From the IMG/VR virus record IMGVR_UViG_3300033273_000282, positions 64,001 to 128,000 of that record: a stretch of DNA of 64,000 nucleotides. One strand, given 5' to 3'. Under the pieces are notes generated by a model. The model searched no databases. It was not told the DNA's origin and worked only from the letters and a program-made list of their open reading frames with translations. Positions 36,488 to 44,594 of the stretch are shown here, piece after piece; within the stretch, counting starts at the first letter, position 1, and each line of letters starts with the position of its first letter. The stretch is from a virus. Its lineage: Duplodnaviria; Caudoviricetes. Made by a program: the position numbers and the translations under genes.

Positions 36488-37738
36488 ATGTTCACCCTCC
36501 GTCCTCACCAACAGCGTACCGTCAATGCTCTCGCTGCTGCTGACCGTGGCACTGTCTACATCCCCACTGGTGGCGGCAAGACTCTCTGTATCATGGAAGA
36601 CCTCGCTCGCTTCCTCAGCAGCGCCCAGGGACCCTCTGTGACCGTTGTGGTTGCCCCGCGCATCATGCTGGCTCTTCAGCTGTGTGAAGAGTTCCGTGAG
36701 CATCCTGGTGTGATGCGTTCTGACGTGTTCATGGGGCATGTTCACAGCGGCGAGACTCCCCATTTCCGTACAACTAACAGCGACAAGATCGGTCTGTTTG
36801 TTGATATGTGTAAGTCTGCTCAGGCTCACGCTATCATCTTCACCACCTACAACTCTCTGAACAAGATTGTTGACGCTGGTATTCAGATCGACAATCTGTA
36901 TTGTGATGAGGCACACAACAGCGTACAGCGTAACTTCTTCCCTGTTGTTGCTCTCGCTGCTATAGACGCTGCTCGCGCATATTTCTTCACTGCGACTCCT
37001 AAGTATGCTAAGAATGGCAAGCGTGGCATGAACAATGGTCAGATCTACGGCACCAATCTTATCACTGTTGCTGCTCAAGAGTTGATTGAGTGTGGTAGCA
37101 TTGTTGCTCCCACCATCATTACTCACAAGACTGAGGCAATTCGCAACAAAGAGACGATTGCTTTCGTCGATGCTGACACTGTGACTGGTGTGATTGACAC
37201 TCTCGATGAGGATCAAGCCACCAAAGTTCTGGTTGCTGCTCCTTCTGCGCGGAACATCATGAACATGTTTGTCAAGACTGGTCTCAAGCAAGATCTTATT
37301 GAGCGTGGTTATTCTTGGATGATGATTACATCCAAGCATGGCGCAATCATTGACGGTAAGAAGGTCACTCGTGACCAATTCTTTGACACTCTCCACGCTT
37401 GGGGACTCGATGAGGACAAGAAGTTTGTTCTCTTCCACTATTCTATTCTCTCTGAAGGTATCAACGTGCCTGGTCTTACGCACGTTATTCTCCTTCGCCA
37501 GTTGCCAATTATCGAGATGGCGCAGACTATTGGTCGTGTGATTCGTCTTGATCGTGATGACGCGCAAGCAATCTCTAGTGGTGCGCTCACCCCTGGTAAC
37601 TGGGCTAACTATAAGAAAGGCACTGGCTTTGTTACTGTTCCTATCTACAGCAACCACGGTGCTCAGATTGCTTCACGTCTACAGCGTGTGGTAGATTGTA
37701 TCTTCACTAAGGGTAACCCTGCTGCGGCATGGGTCTGA
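36488..37738 (+). CDS. Superfamily 2 DEAH-box helicase (ResIII-like)
   Basis: PTGGGKT (Walker A), CDEAH, FFTATP, ILSEGINVPGL, QTIGRVIR. Confidence 0.9.
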   Translation: MFTLRPHQQRTVNALAAADRGTVYIPTGGGKTLCIMEDLARFLSSAQGPSVTVVVAPRIMLALQLCEEFREHPGVMRSDVFMGHVHSGETPHFRTTNSDKIGLFVDMCKSAQAHAIIFTTYNSLNKIVDAGIQIDNLYCDEAHNSVQRNFFPVVALAAIDAARAYFFTATPKYAKNGKRGMNNGQIYGTNLITVAAQELIECGSIVAPTIITHKTEAIRNKETIAFVDADTVTGVIDTLDEDQATKVLVAAPSARNIMNMFVKTGLKQDLIERGYSWMMITSKHGAIIDGKKVTRDQFFDTLHAWGLDEDKKFVLFHYSILSEGINVPGLTHVILLRQLPIIEMAQTIGRVIRLDRDDAQAISSGALTPGNWANYKKGTGFVTVPIYSNHGAQIASRLQRVVDCIFTKGNPAAAWV

Positions 37739-37771
37739 CCCCTTACAGGCGATTCTAGGAGGGTCTCACGA

Positions 37772-38380
37772 GTGATTAACACGATGTTCTCTATACCTCT
37801 GGTGAGGTACAGTTTGAGTGATTGGAGCAGCAAAAAGCAGTTCCTAATGTCTACTTTGGAATCTAGGCAGCTCACGATGGGTAGCGAGAGGGTATGGTCA
37901 GACTACGCGGAGAAAAGCTCAGAAAATCTATTGTTGAGCACTATCACAGGTACATTGCGCGATGAGTTAGATCAATTCGCGCAAGACTTCAGGTGTGATC
38001 CATCAATAGTGCATGCTTGGTTCGAGAAAGCATATCAAACCAACCATCACCCAGTACATAATCATGGGCATGGTGGTTGGAGTGCGGTATTGTACCTAGA
38101 TTACGATCCTGATGAGCACACACCCACCATATTTGTCAGTCCGTTTGATCATTTCATCACAGGTGAGCAGTTGACATATTTTCCCGACGTGAAAGAAGGG
38201 GATCTTATTCTATTTCCTAGTTTCCTCCACCATTACACACAGCCAAATGAGAGTCAGATCCCTCGTGCTGTGTTGTCATTCAACCTGACAGTGGATGAGC
38301 ACAATACACCATTGGCATGGGAGAGCAAGGTGGACAGTCAGAGAGCTGGACTACCACGCGACCTTTTGCCCTACTGGTGA
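37772..38380 (+). CDS. 2OG-Fe(II) oxygenase (TIGR02466-like)
   Basis: MFSIPL, W......HPVHNH...WSAVLYLDY, EGDLILFPSFLHH, RAVLSFNL. Confidence 0.85.
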   Translation: MINTMFSIPLVRYSLSDWSSKKQFLMSTLESRQLTMGSERVWSDYAEKSSENLLLSTITGTLRDELDQFAQDFRCDPSIVHAWFEKAYQTNHHPVHNHGHGGWSAVLYLDYDPDEHTPTIFVSPFDHFITGEQLTYFPDVKEGDLILFPSFLHHYTQPNESQIPRAVLSFNLTVDEHNTPLAWESKVDSQRAGLPRDLLPYW

Positions 38381-38413
38381 CTCTATAATAACTACATCAG
38401 CAAACAACCCCAG

Positions 38414-38584
38414 ATGACTCGCATCGAGATCAACCGTGAGCTCACCCGACTCCGCTTCGAGCGTGAGAAAGCCCAGCGTGAGGTTGACAACATCCAAGCC
38501 TGTATGAACGCTCTCATCCAGAAGCGTAACGACATGGATTTCGAGGCTAAGCACGGCGATCTGTACACCGCAATGTTCTCCTGA
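38414..38584 (+). CDS. Small coiled-coil hypothetical protein
   Basis: MTRIEINRELTRLRFEREKAQREVDNIQ...; follows a promoter module. Confidence 0.6.
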   Translation: MTRIEINRELTRLRFEREKAQREVDNIQACMNALIQKRNDMDFEAKHGDLYTAMFS

Positions 38585-38586
38585 TC

Positions 38587-38799
38587 ATGCTTTTCCAAGT
38601 TACTGACATTCAATTCGACTGCTATCTTGACGACGAAGATTGGAATGAATCCGATCAAGTCTGTACCGAAGAAAAGCTCAGTGAAGAATACACTGGTTCG
38701 ATCTGGGAAGCAGATGATGGTGATGATCTAATCGAAGAGATCACTGCTGCTTCAGGTTGGTGTATTAAGTCCATTGATTATCGCAACGTTCTAAAATGA
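38587..38799 (+). CDS. Small acidic hypothetical protein
   Basis: 70 aa; WEADDGDDLIEEITAASGWCIKSIDY. Confidence 0.6.
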   Translation: MLFQVTDIQFDCYLDDEDWNESDQVCTEEKLSEEYTGSIWEADDGDDLIEEITAASGWCIKSIDYRNVLK

Positions 38800-38916
38800 C
38801 ACCCGAAGAGTTTGAAGAAAACGCACGCATTGTCAGTGGTAATCCACTCTGGACACTTGACAATCGCATTGAAGATGTAACTGACTCCCCTGAAGATTGG
38901 GAAGACTTCTGGCACA

Positions 38917-39141
38917 ATGAAGCCAAGTGATTTAATGCACTATCGCATCCAAGCAGCGATGCGAGAGAATACTTTTCCTCCTGAGGAGTTAGAGTATCTT
39001 GGTAAGCGTGGTGATGAGCACTGGTATAGAATTGCTGGTGAGCATGACGTACCAGTGAGCCATATTACCATGTTTGAAGACTGTGACGATCCTGGAACTG
39101 ACCCAGGTGACCTCCATGACCTTTTCGATCCATTAGACTAA
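38917..39141 (+). CDS. Small hypothetical protein
   Basis: YRIQAAMRE..F..EEL.YLG...HWYRIAG.H.VP. Confidence 0.55.
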   Translation: MKPSDLMHYRIQAAMRENTFPPEELEYLGKRGDEHWYRIAGEHDVPVSHITMFEDCDDPGTDPGDLHDLFDPLD

Positions 39142-39145
39142 CAGC

Positions 39146-39355
39146 ATGAACAACGCATCCACCATGCCCATCATTGACCGCGACGCTCTCCAGCAAGCCT
39201 ACATCGATCGTATCCTGGATGGTATGGACATCAAAGATATGATGACCATTATTGCTGAGCAATTCGATGAGAATCTCGACAAGTATAGTGTCGATGAGCT
39301 GATTGAAGAGGTTGAGCAATACTATCCTGATCTGCTGGAGGACTCGGCTATCTGA
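39146..39355 (+). CDS. Small hypothetical protein
   Basis: LQQAYIDRILDGMDIKDM..YYPDLLE. Confidence 0.6.
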   Translation: MNNASTMPIIDRDALQQAYIDRILDGMDIKDMMTIIAEQFDENLDKYSVDELIEEVEQYYPDLLEDSAI

Positions 39356-39434
39356 CCAGTTCAAGAACTGGTCCACTGCTCCTCCAGTCAGCACTGACCT
39401 GGCTCTATACTAAGTTCATCAACGCAAGAGACCA

Positions 39435-39614
39435 ATGCCTCTGATCAGCGACGACACCATCGATCTCCAGCTGCGCCGCACCATCATCAAGAGTATTGAG
39501 AGTTACGACATCGGCACTCTAAAGCGTATTGCCTATGAGGTACGATGTGAAGAGATGGGATTGTTTCCCGACAACACTTACATTGAGTACGGTATCACTG
39601 ACATGGAGTATTGA
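39435..39614 (+). CDS. Small hypothetical protein
   Basis: MPLISDDTIDLQLRRTIIKSIE...; follows the promoter module at 39352-39411. Confidence 0.55.
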   Translation: MPLISDDTIDLQLRRTIIKSIESYDIGTLKRIAYEVRCEEMGLFPDNTYIEYGITDMEY

Positions 39615-39781
39615 TGATTACTTCCAAAGCACAGATGCTCAAGGTGATTGCTACTACTTCTAAAGAGTACAATCTCACCCGAGAGGAAAAGTTTCAAGTC
39701 TTCTGTAACGTGTGTGACAACATGTTGAAGGAAGGACGCATCTCCAAGGTACAGCACGAACGCTGGACTGAGATCTTCTGA
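39614..39781 (+). CDS. Small conserved cyanophage hypothetical protein
   Basis: MITSKAQMLKVI...REEKFQVFCNVCDNMLKEGRISK.QH.RW. Confidence 0.6.
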   Translation: MITSKAQMLKVIATTSKEYNLTREEKFQVFCNVCDNMLKEGRISKVQHERWTEIF

Positions 39782-39864
39782 GGACATTTGCGGAAGTGGC
39801 ACACCACCGCTTCCGCTGCTCACCATCTACCCTATAATACAAAGGTAATCAAGGGAACCACTCC

Positions 39865-40233
39865 ATGACCACCATCAACACTGCTGATTCCTTCTTCGAT
39901 TTCATTCAGACTGCTGATGCTCGCAACACGATTCAGCTCAACATTGTCAAGTATTGCCTGATGCTGTGTGATGCTCTAGAGCAAGGTGCGCCGAAGGATT
40001 ATACCTTCCGTCTTGATAGTTCTGGGCGTAAGTATCACAGAATCCACATGTGGATTGGTGAGCGTCGTGATAGTATTCATGCGTTCATTGATAAGAAGAC
40101 TGGTGAAGTGTACAAGCCCGCATCAATCAAGGGACCAGCCAAAGGAGTGCGCTTTAACCTGTGTATCATCTCCGATCGTGAGAAGTGCCTGGAGTGTGCC
40201 GATTGGGCAGGTGGCTACCTTTACGCTCGCTGA
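39865..40233 (+). CDS. Conserved cyanophage early hypothetical protein
   Basis: GRKYHRI..SIHAFIDKKTGEVYKPAS.K.PAKGVRFNL..ADWAGGYLY. Confidence 0.75.
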   Translation: MTTINTADSFFDFIQTADARNTIQLNIVKYCLMLCDALEQGAPKDYTFRLDSSGRKYHRIHMWIGERRDSIHAFIDKKTGEVYKPASIKGPAKGVRFNLCIISDREKCLECADWAGGYLYAR

Positions 40234-40278
40234 GTGTTCAGCCACCCTATAATAAGCACATCGACAAGGGAACCACCC

Positions 40279-40506
40279 ATGGGCAACACCAACGTCTTCT
40301 ACAGGGTTGAGATCGACTTCTACGAGTCTCCCGAGCATCCCATCATCTACTTCCGCAAGGCAAAGCGTTGTAAGACTGCTAAGGGTGCCGACCGTCAAGC
40401 CAATCGCATGGTGAACGAGGCAGTGGAGGCATGGCGTCCATTCTCTCAGCAGATCATGCGCTACACCGTCTCCCGTGTGCCAGCGAGCGAAGTGGTGGAG
40501 GCATGA
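40279..40506 (+). CDS. Small hypothetical protein
   Basis: MGNTNVFYRVEIDF..IIYFRKAKRCKTAKG. Confidence 0.6.
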   Translation: MGNTNVFYRVEIDFYESPEHPIIYFRKAKRCKTAKGADRQANRMVNEAVEAWRPFSQQIMRYTVSRVPASEVVEA

Positions 40507-40555
40507 CCCACAGACCACCATTTCACCCTATACTAAGCACATCAGCAAACGACCC

Positions 40556-40795
40556 ATGCGACTCCACACCTCCGCCACCCAGATCGACTTCTATCCCATT
40601 GGCACTGGCAAGCGTTTCGTCAAGCGTGTCATCTGGCATCCTGGTGATGAGCAGACTGAGATGACTTCATTCTCCACCCGTAACAAGACCGACATGGTGT
40701 ATGATGTGAACTGCTACCTTGCTAATGGTGCTACTATCAGTGACTTCAACCTCAACGAATACACTGGCACTGACTACACTCCCATGTATGTCTAA
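40556..40795 (+). CDS. Small conserved hypothetical protein
   Basis: MRLHTSATQIDFYP...RFVKRVIWHPG. Confidence 0.6.
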   Translation: MRLHTSATQIDFYPIGTGKRFVKRVIWHPGDEQTEMTSFSTRNKTDMVYDVNCYLANGATISDFNLNEYTGTDYTPMYV

Positions 40796-40801
40796 GCCAC
40801 T

Positions 40802-40993
40802 ATGGATGACCGTAAGTATTCCCCATTTGACAAAGGTGACCGAGTTACCTATAATAACCTAACTGGAGTCGTTAATTTCATTTGTGACCGCTACATTACT
40901 ATCACCACTCGCAATGGAGAGCACAAATCCCAAGACACCAATCTCGTTGTGTTCAATGATGACTGGTGCGATGTACAGCCAGTATGTAAATAA
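40802..40993 (+). CDS. Small SH3-like hypothetical protein
   Basis: F.KGDRVTY....GVVNFIC..YITI. Confidence 0.5.
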   Translation: MDDRKYSPFDKGDRVTYNNLTGVVNFICDRYITITTRNGEHKSQDTNLVVFNDDWCDVQPVCK

Positions 40994-41164
40994 TAAGGAG
41001 CTGTACAATGAGGTATGCCGTTATTTTGAAGAGACAGAAGAAGAGAAAGGTATCTACTGTAAAGATACCATTTCTGTCTATCACGGACGCAATACACTAC
41101 GAAAGTAATATAAGACTCCACGACCCCAAAGTAACACACACCGAAGTTATTCCTCTATTTTCTG

Positions 41165-41362
41165 ATGAAGCACCAGTTTGAAGTCAACAACACTCAGATC
41201 GTCATTGATCTCAAGCAAAAGCGTAAAGGTGTGTATTGGTCTTATCAAGACACCCCATATAACTATGGACCATTCAAGAGTGACCAACAAGCCCTGAATG
41301 ATGCTAAACTCTACTCCCAGTATGGAACAACAAATAAACTCCTCATTCCTGAATCCAAGTAA
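41165..41362 (+). CDS. Small hypothetical protein
   Basis: 65 aa; YWSY....YGPFKSDQQALNDA. Confidence 0.5.
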   Translation: MKHQFEVNNTQIVIDLKQKRKGVYWSYQDTPYNYGPFKSDQQALNDAKLYSQYGTTNKLLIPESK

Positions 41363-41942
41363 AGTAGAGCCACGCTTACTTGTACTCAAACGGTTCAATG
41401 ATCAGATCAGAAAGGAGTTTGACAAAGCATTACCTAATCTAGAGTTTAGAGACTTTGCTTCCTATCAAGAGAACTATATCTCTAAAGAAGGCAAGGGATT
41501 TCCTATACTAGAGAAAGAGTACTATCAGGCACCACAAAGAACAACAACGAATCCTAGTTGGTGTATTGCTCCGATCCTATACAACAGCCAACGCTATAAA
41601 CGTAATAGCGTACTGATGCCTAAACTAACCAAGATGATTGAGTTCATTGGTCATACCACATATGCTGGTATTACTGTACTCGATCCTGGCTATGGATTAG
41701 ATTGGCACTATGATGATGACCCATGTGAAGGAGTCATCCAATTCAGATCTTTCTATAATATCTCTACTGACAATGGTACATTCCTAGAAGTACAAGAGAC
41801 AGAGAAGAGAGTCGTAAGAAAGTATTTCATGGAGTCAGAGTATATGATCTTCAGAGCAAAGAAGAAACATAGAGTGTACAATGAGGGTAAGGCTCCGCGT
41901 TATTCTGTGGTGATAGATGTACTCAAACAACAGTTAATCTAA
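41322..41942 (+). CDS. Aspartyl/asparaginyl beta-hydroxylase-family 2OG-Fe(II) oxygenase
   Basis: W.IAPI.Y, GITVLDPG..LDWHYD (HxD), IF....KHRVYN.G..PR..VVIDV. Confidence 0.75.
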   Translation: MEQQINSSFLNPSKVEPRLLVLKRFNDQIRKEFDKALPNLEFRDFASYQENYISKEGKGFPILEKEYYQAPQRTTTNPSWCIAPILYNSQRYKRNSVLMPKLTKMIEFIGHTTYAGITVLDPGYGLDWHYDDDPCEGVIQFRSFYNISTDNGTFLEVQETEKRVVRKYFMESEYMIFRAKKKHRVYNEGKAPRYSVVIDVLKQQLI

Positions 41943-41949
41943 ACAACCC

Positions 41950-42003
41950 TGTGGAAAACCCTGTGGAATCTGTGGAAAAACCTGTGGAAAACTCTGTGGA
42001 AAA
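41950..42003 (-). repeat. Cluster of DnaA-box-like 9-mers (TTTTCCACA)
   Basis: On + strand: TGTGGAAAA at 41950, 41971, 41983 and 41995; TGTGGAATC at 41962. Confidence 0.8.
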
Positions 42004-42050
42004 AAATGTATTAAAAAATGTGTTTGTGTGAGCTAGTCGGCGGAAAGGGA

Positions 42051-42083
42051 TGGGAATGTCTGGGAATGTCTAGGATTGTCTAG
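42051..42083 (+). repeat. 10-bp tandem repeats next to an AT-rich tract
   Basis: GGGAATGTCT GGGAATGTCT AGGATTGTCT AGG, after an A/T run at 41999-42025. Confidence 0.6.
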
Positions 42084-42215
42084 GTGCCTTTGGGGCTTAG
42101 CACGCAACCTATCGAAAGTCAACCACTCGAAGTACACTTTGAGAACTGTCACAGAACCCTCCGAAACCCTCCGAATTGGCTGTATAATTACAGAGTAATC
42201 AAAAGGGATCAAACC

Positions 42216-42503
42216 TTGGCACCACGAAAGAAAAAAGCAACTCCGCCGAAAGCTGCCACAATTGTGAGTCCTGTTACTTTTGATGTAAAAGAGTACAGCA
42301 CAGCTATTGACACCATTTCGGTAGACTCTGAGAAAGTTAGTGTAACCTTCGCAAGTCAAGAGAAAGTGTATGATTATACTTTCTCAGGGGATTTGAAAGA
42401 ATTTGTTGAAACCCTTGAAAAGTATACAAAAGAGCAGCATTTGTCTCTTGGTAAGTATTTCAATGGTTTGGTGAAAGATGGTAGTCTTTCTCAAAAAGTA
42501 TAA
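42216..42503 (+). CDS. KTSC-like hypothetical protein
   Basis: TTG start after a promoter module; STAIDTISVD..VSVTF..KVYDY..SLGKYFN. Confidence 0.5.
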   Translation: MAPRKKKATPPKAATIVSPVTFDVKEYSTAIDTISVDSEKVSVTFASQEKVYDYTFSGDLKEFVETLEKYTKEQHLSLGKYFNGLVKDGSLSQKV

Positions 42504-42543
42504 CTATTAGTGAAACCTTTGAGTTTAGACAAAAGTAACACAA

Positions 42544-42735
42544 ATGGCTAAAACCTGGAACAATAGAGGTAGTAATCGCAATTCCTCTTTTAGTAAGAAG
42601 AAGAGAGAATATGCTGAGTATCTTGATCTTGAGAGCAGTGGCTATCTTGATCAGATTGCCAATGCTAAGAGGATCAAGAACTATAGCAAAGACATCACCA
42701 ACTACGATGACATCGATGACTACTACTCTGAATGA
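42544..42735 (+). CDS. Small hypothetical protein
   Basis: 63 aa; basic N-terminus, acidic C-terminus. Confidence 0.5.
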   Translation: MAKTWNNRGSNRNSSFSKKKREYAEYLDLESSGYLDQIANAKRIKNYSKDITNYDDIDDYYSE

Positions 42736-43030
42736 GTTTGTAACACCAACTGATCAGGTAGATTATGTTCAGTATCTGTTGGACACTGATTTGATCAACG
42801 ATCATCCTGAATATCGGAAGATTGCTGACTACTACCTGATGGAGGGTTTGTGTTACGAAGTGTTTGTGGGAGACGATTACAACAACTCTCAGTGAGTTTG
42901 TGTTAGTAACTGTGTCCGACTAATTGACACTATGCGATGAGCCGCCCGATCGCAAGGGGTTGTGTGCCACTTTAATGAACTGTCCACCTAACCCCCCAGA
43001 TCGCGGGTGCCTGTGCCTATACTAGTCACA

Positions 43031-43197
43031 TGAACAAAACCACCAACCCCTACGCTCAGCAGATCCTCGCTAAGGGACGCGACCTGCCCACGACCCCCGC
43101 ACCTAAGCGGGAGTTCCCCTGTACTATCCACGGTCGCCGCTTCGAGACTCAAGAAGAGTATAACGAAGCACTCGCAGATTTCCTGAACGGTAACTGA
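43031..43197 (+). CDS. Small hypothetical protein (ends approximate)
   Basis: MNKTTNPYAQQILAKGRDLP...FPCTIHGRRFETQEEYNEALADFLNGN; follows the module at 42964. Confidence 0.5.
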
Positions 43198-43497
43198 AAC
43201 TATGTCTGACATGTTTAACTCTGTTCTCGAATCTCTGCCTCAATTCATCTCTGAAATGGAGGCAGATTGGTGTATGGTTTATGACTTCATGGAAGCACAG
43301 ATTGGTGTGCTTACTGAAGATCAATGGGATCAAGTTGAGATGGTATACTGGCAGCATGGTCTAGAAGATCAGCGCTTCTGAGTATACCTTACTCACTCCT
43401 GAGTTCTTTATACTTAGGGCGGCTCGCATGGGGTGCCAGCTGGCATACTGTCCACCAAACACCCCAAAGCAGCATCCCCTGGCTCTATACTCATTCC

Positions 43498-43698
43498 ATG
43501 ATCAACATCAACTGCAGCACGTCCACCTCAGTCTGGACTCTCAAGGTCAATCCCCTGACTGGCACATGTAAGGTACGCTGGTTCAAAGGGTGCCTGACTG
43601 AGTATACGTTCAAAGCATCCAAGCGTGCCATCCTAGCGCTGCTGATCGCCCACGACCGTTCCTTGGGACAGTGGGTGAACTGGCACTGCTTCGCTTGA
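43498..43698 (+). CDS. Small KTSC-like hypothetical protein
   Basis: STSV..LKVNPLTG..KVRWFKG..EYTF..SLGQWVN. Confidence 0.5.
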   Translation: MININCSTSTSVWTLKVNPLTGTCKVRWFKGCLTEYTFKASKRAILALLIAHDRSLGQWVNWHCFA

Positions 43699-43750
43699 TC
43701 TGCCAGCTCCTGGCTCTATACTAAGCACAGTTCAAACAACCACCGCAACC

Positions 43751-44077
43751 ATGCGTAAGATCGAACGCCTGATGAACGACGCCATTTCCGAGGGTCGCAA
43801 CTGGACCAGCGGTAACACTAGCGTTACTCACACCGACGAGGTGGCAGAGGTTCGCCTTCACGGAAACCTGATCGCTGAGGTGGGAGACACCTTTATCCGT
43901 CTCTTTGATGGCGGTTGGCAGTCGAATACCACGAAGTCACGCCTTAACGCGATCCTGCGGGAGCATGGCGAGCAGGGCGACGGCGTGTTCCAGAAGGACT
44001 GGGCATGGTTCGTCACCATGAACACCGCCCAGGGACTGACGACCGTCCCATTCTTCTCTTCCATGCGTCTCGGGTGA
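43751..44077 (+). CDS. Conserved cyanophage early hypothetical protein
   Basis: MRKIE..M..AI...NW...NT.V, V.LHGNLIA, DGGWQSNTTKSRLNA. Confidence 0.75.
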   Translation: MRKIERLMNDAISEGRNWTSGNTSVTHTDEVAEVRLHGNLIAEVGDTFIRLFDGGWQSNTTKSRLNAILREHGEQGDGVFQKDWAWFVTMNTAQGLTTVPFFSSMRLG

Positions 44078-44136
44078 GACATTACAGAGTGTAACAACAG
44101 GGTGCCACCAGGCACCCTTTCCTATAGAATGAACCC

Positions 44137-44358
44137 ATGAAACAAATCAAGATGAGGCAGGCACGCAAGATGCTCGCCAAGGTGCCAGGCGTTCAGATCC
44201 GCAGGGGTCGCTCAGGTCATGACAAGATCTCGCACCCTAACCTCAGTGAGACATTCCCCCTCCCTATCCATGGATCAGGCAGCAGCCACGAGCTTTCCCC
44301 TGGGGTAACGAAGAACTTCATGAAGTTCTACGATCGCCTGGTGGCAGCAGCCAATTGA
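44137..44358 (+). CDS. HicA-like (dsRBD-fold) toxin-family protein, no adjacent antitoxin
   Basis: ARKML..G...RRGRSGHDKISHP...FPLPIHG...ELSPGV matches the HicA G.H...HP..P.H..EL..G pattern. Confidence 0.6.
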   Translation: MKQIKMRQARKMLAKVPGVQIRRGRSGHDKISHPNLSETFPLPIHGSGSSHELSPGVTKNFMKFYDRLVAAAN

Positions 44359-44410
44359 GGCACTGTCCACCATTTCCCCCAAAGCACCCCAGGACCTGCC
44401 ATACTAAGAG

Positions 44411-44594
44411 CATGACAAACGAAACCAACTTCGACCGCTTCACCTTCGCCGCTCTCGCTGGTCGGGCAGGTCAGACCCCCGCCAACTACGCCAACGACAT
44501 GGGCGACGGCGACTTCGACGACTACTTCACCGCTGAGGATTACGACCGACGCCGCTACGAGACCGAGCGACGCCGCCAGCGTTACGGGTACTGA
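44411..44594 (+). CDS. Small hypothetical protein (ends approximate)
   Basis: MTNETNFDRFTFAALAG...DYDRRRYETERRRQRYGY; follows the module at 44347. Confidence 0.45.

Noticed and set aside
36473-37657. 394-aa minus-strand ORF
   Set aside because: Antisense shadow of the helicase; no recognisable motifs, and explained by the sense gene's codon bias
41950-42083. Short repeats as a CRISPR array
   Set aside because: Units are 9-10 bp with 0-3 bp gaps and no unique spacers of about 30 bp
44079-44130. Additional copy of the palindromic promoter box upstream of the HicA-like gene
   Set aside because: Only a weak match (GAGACATTA..GAGTGTAAC); the -10 is present, but the box was not counted
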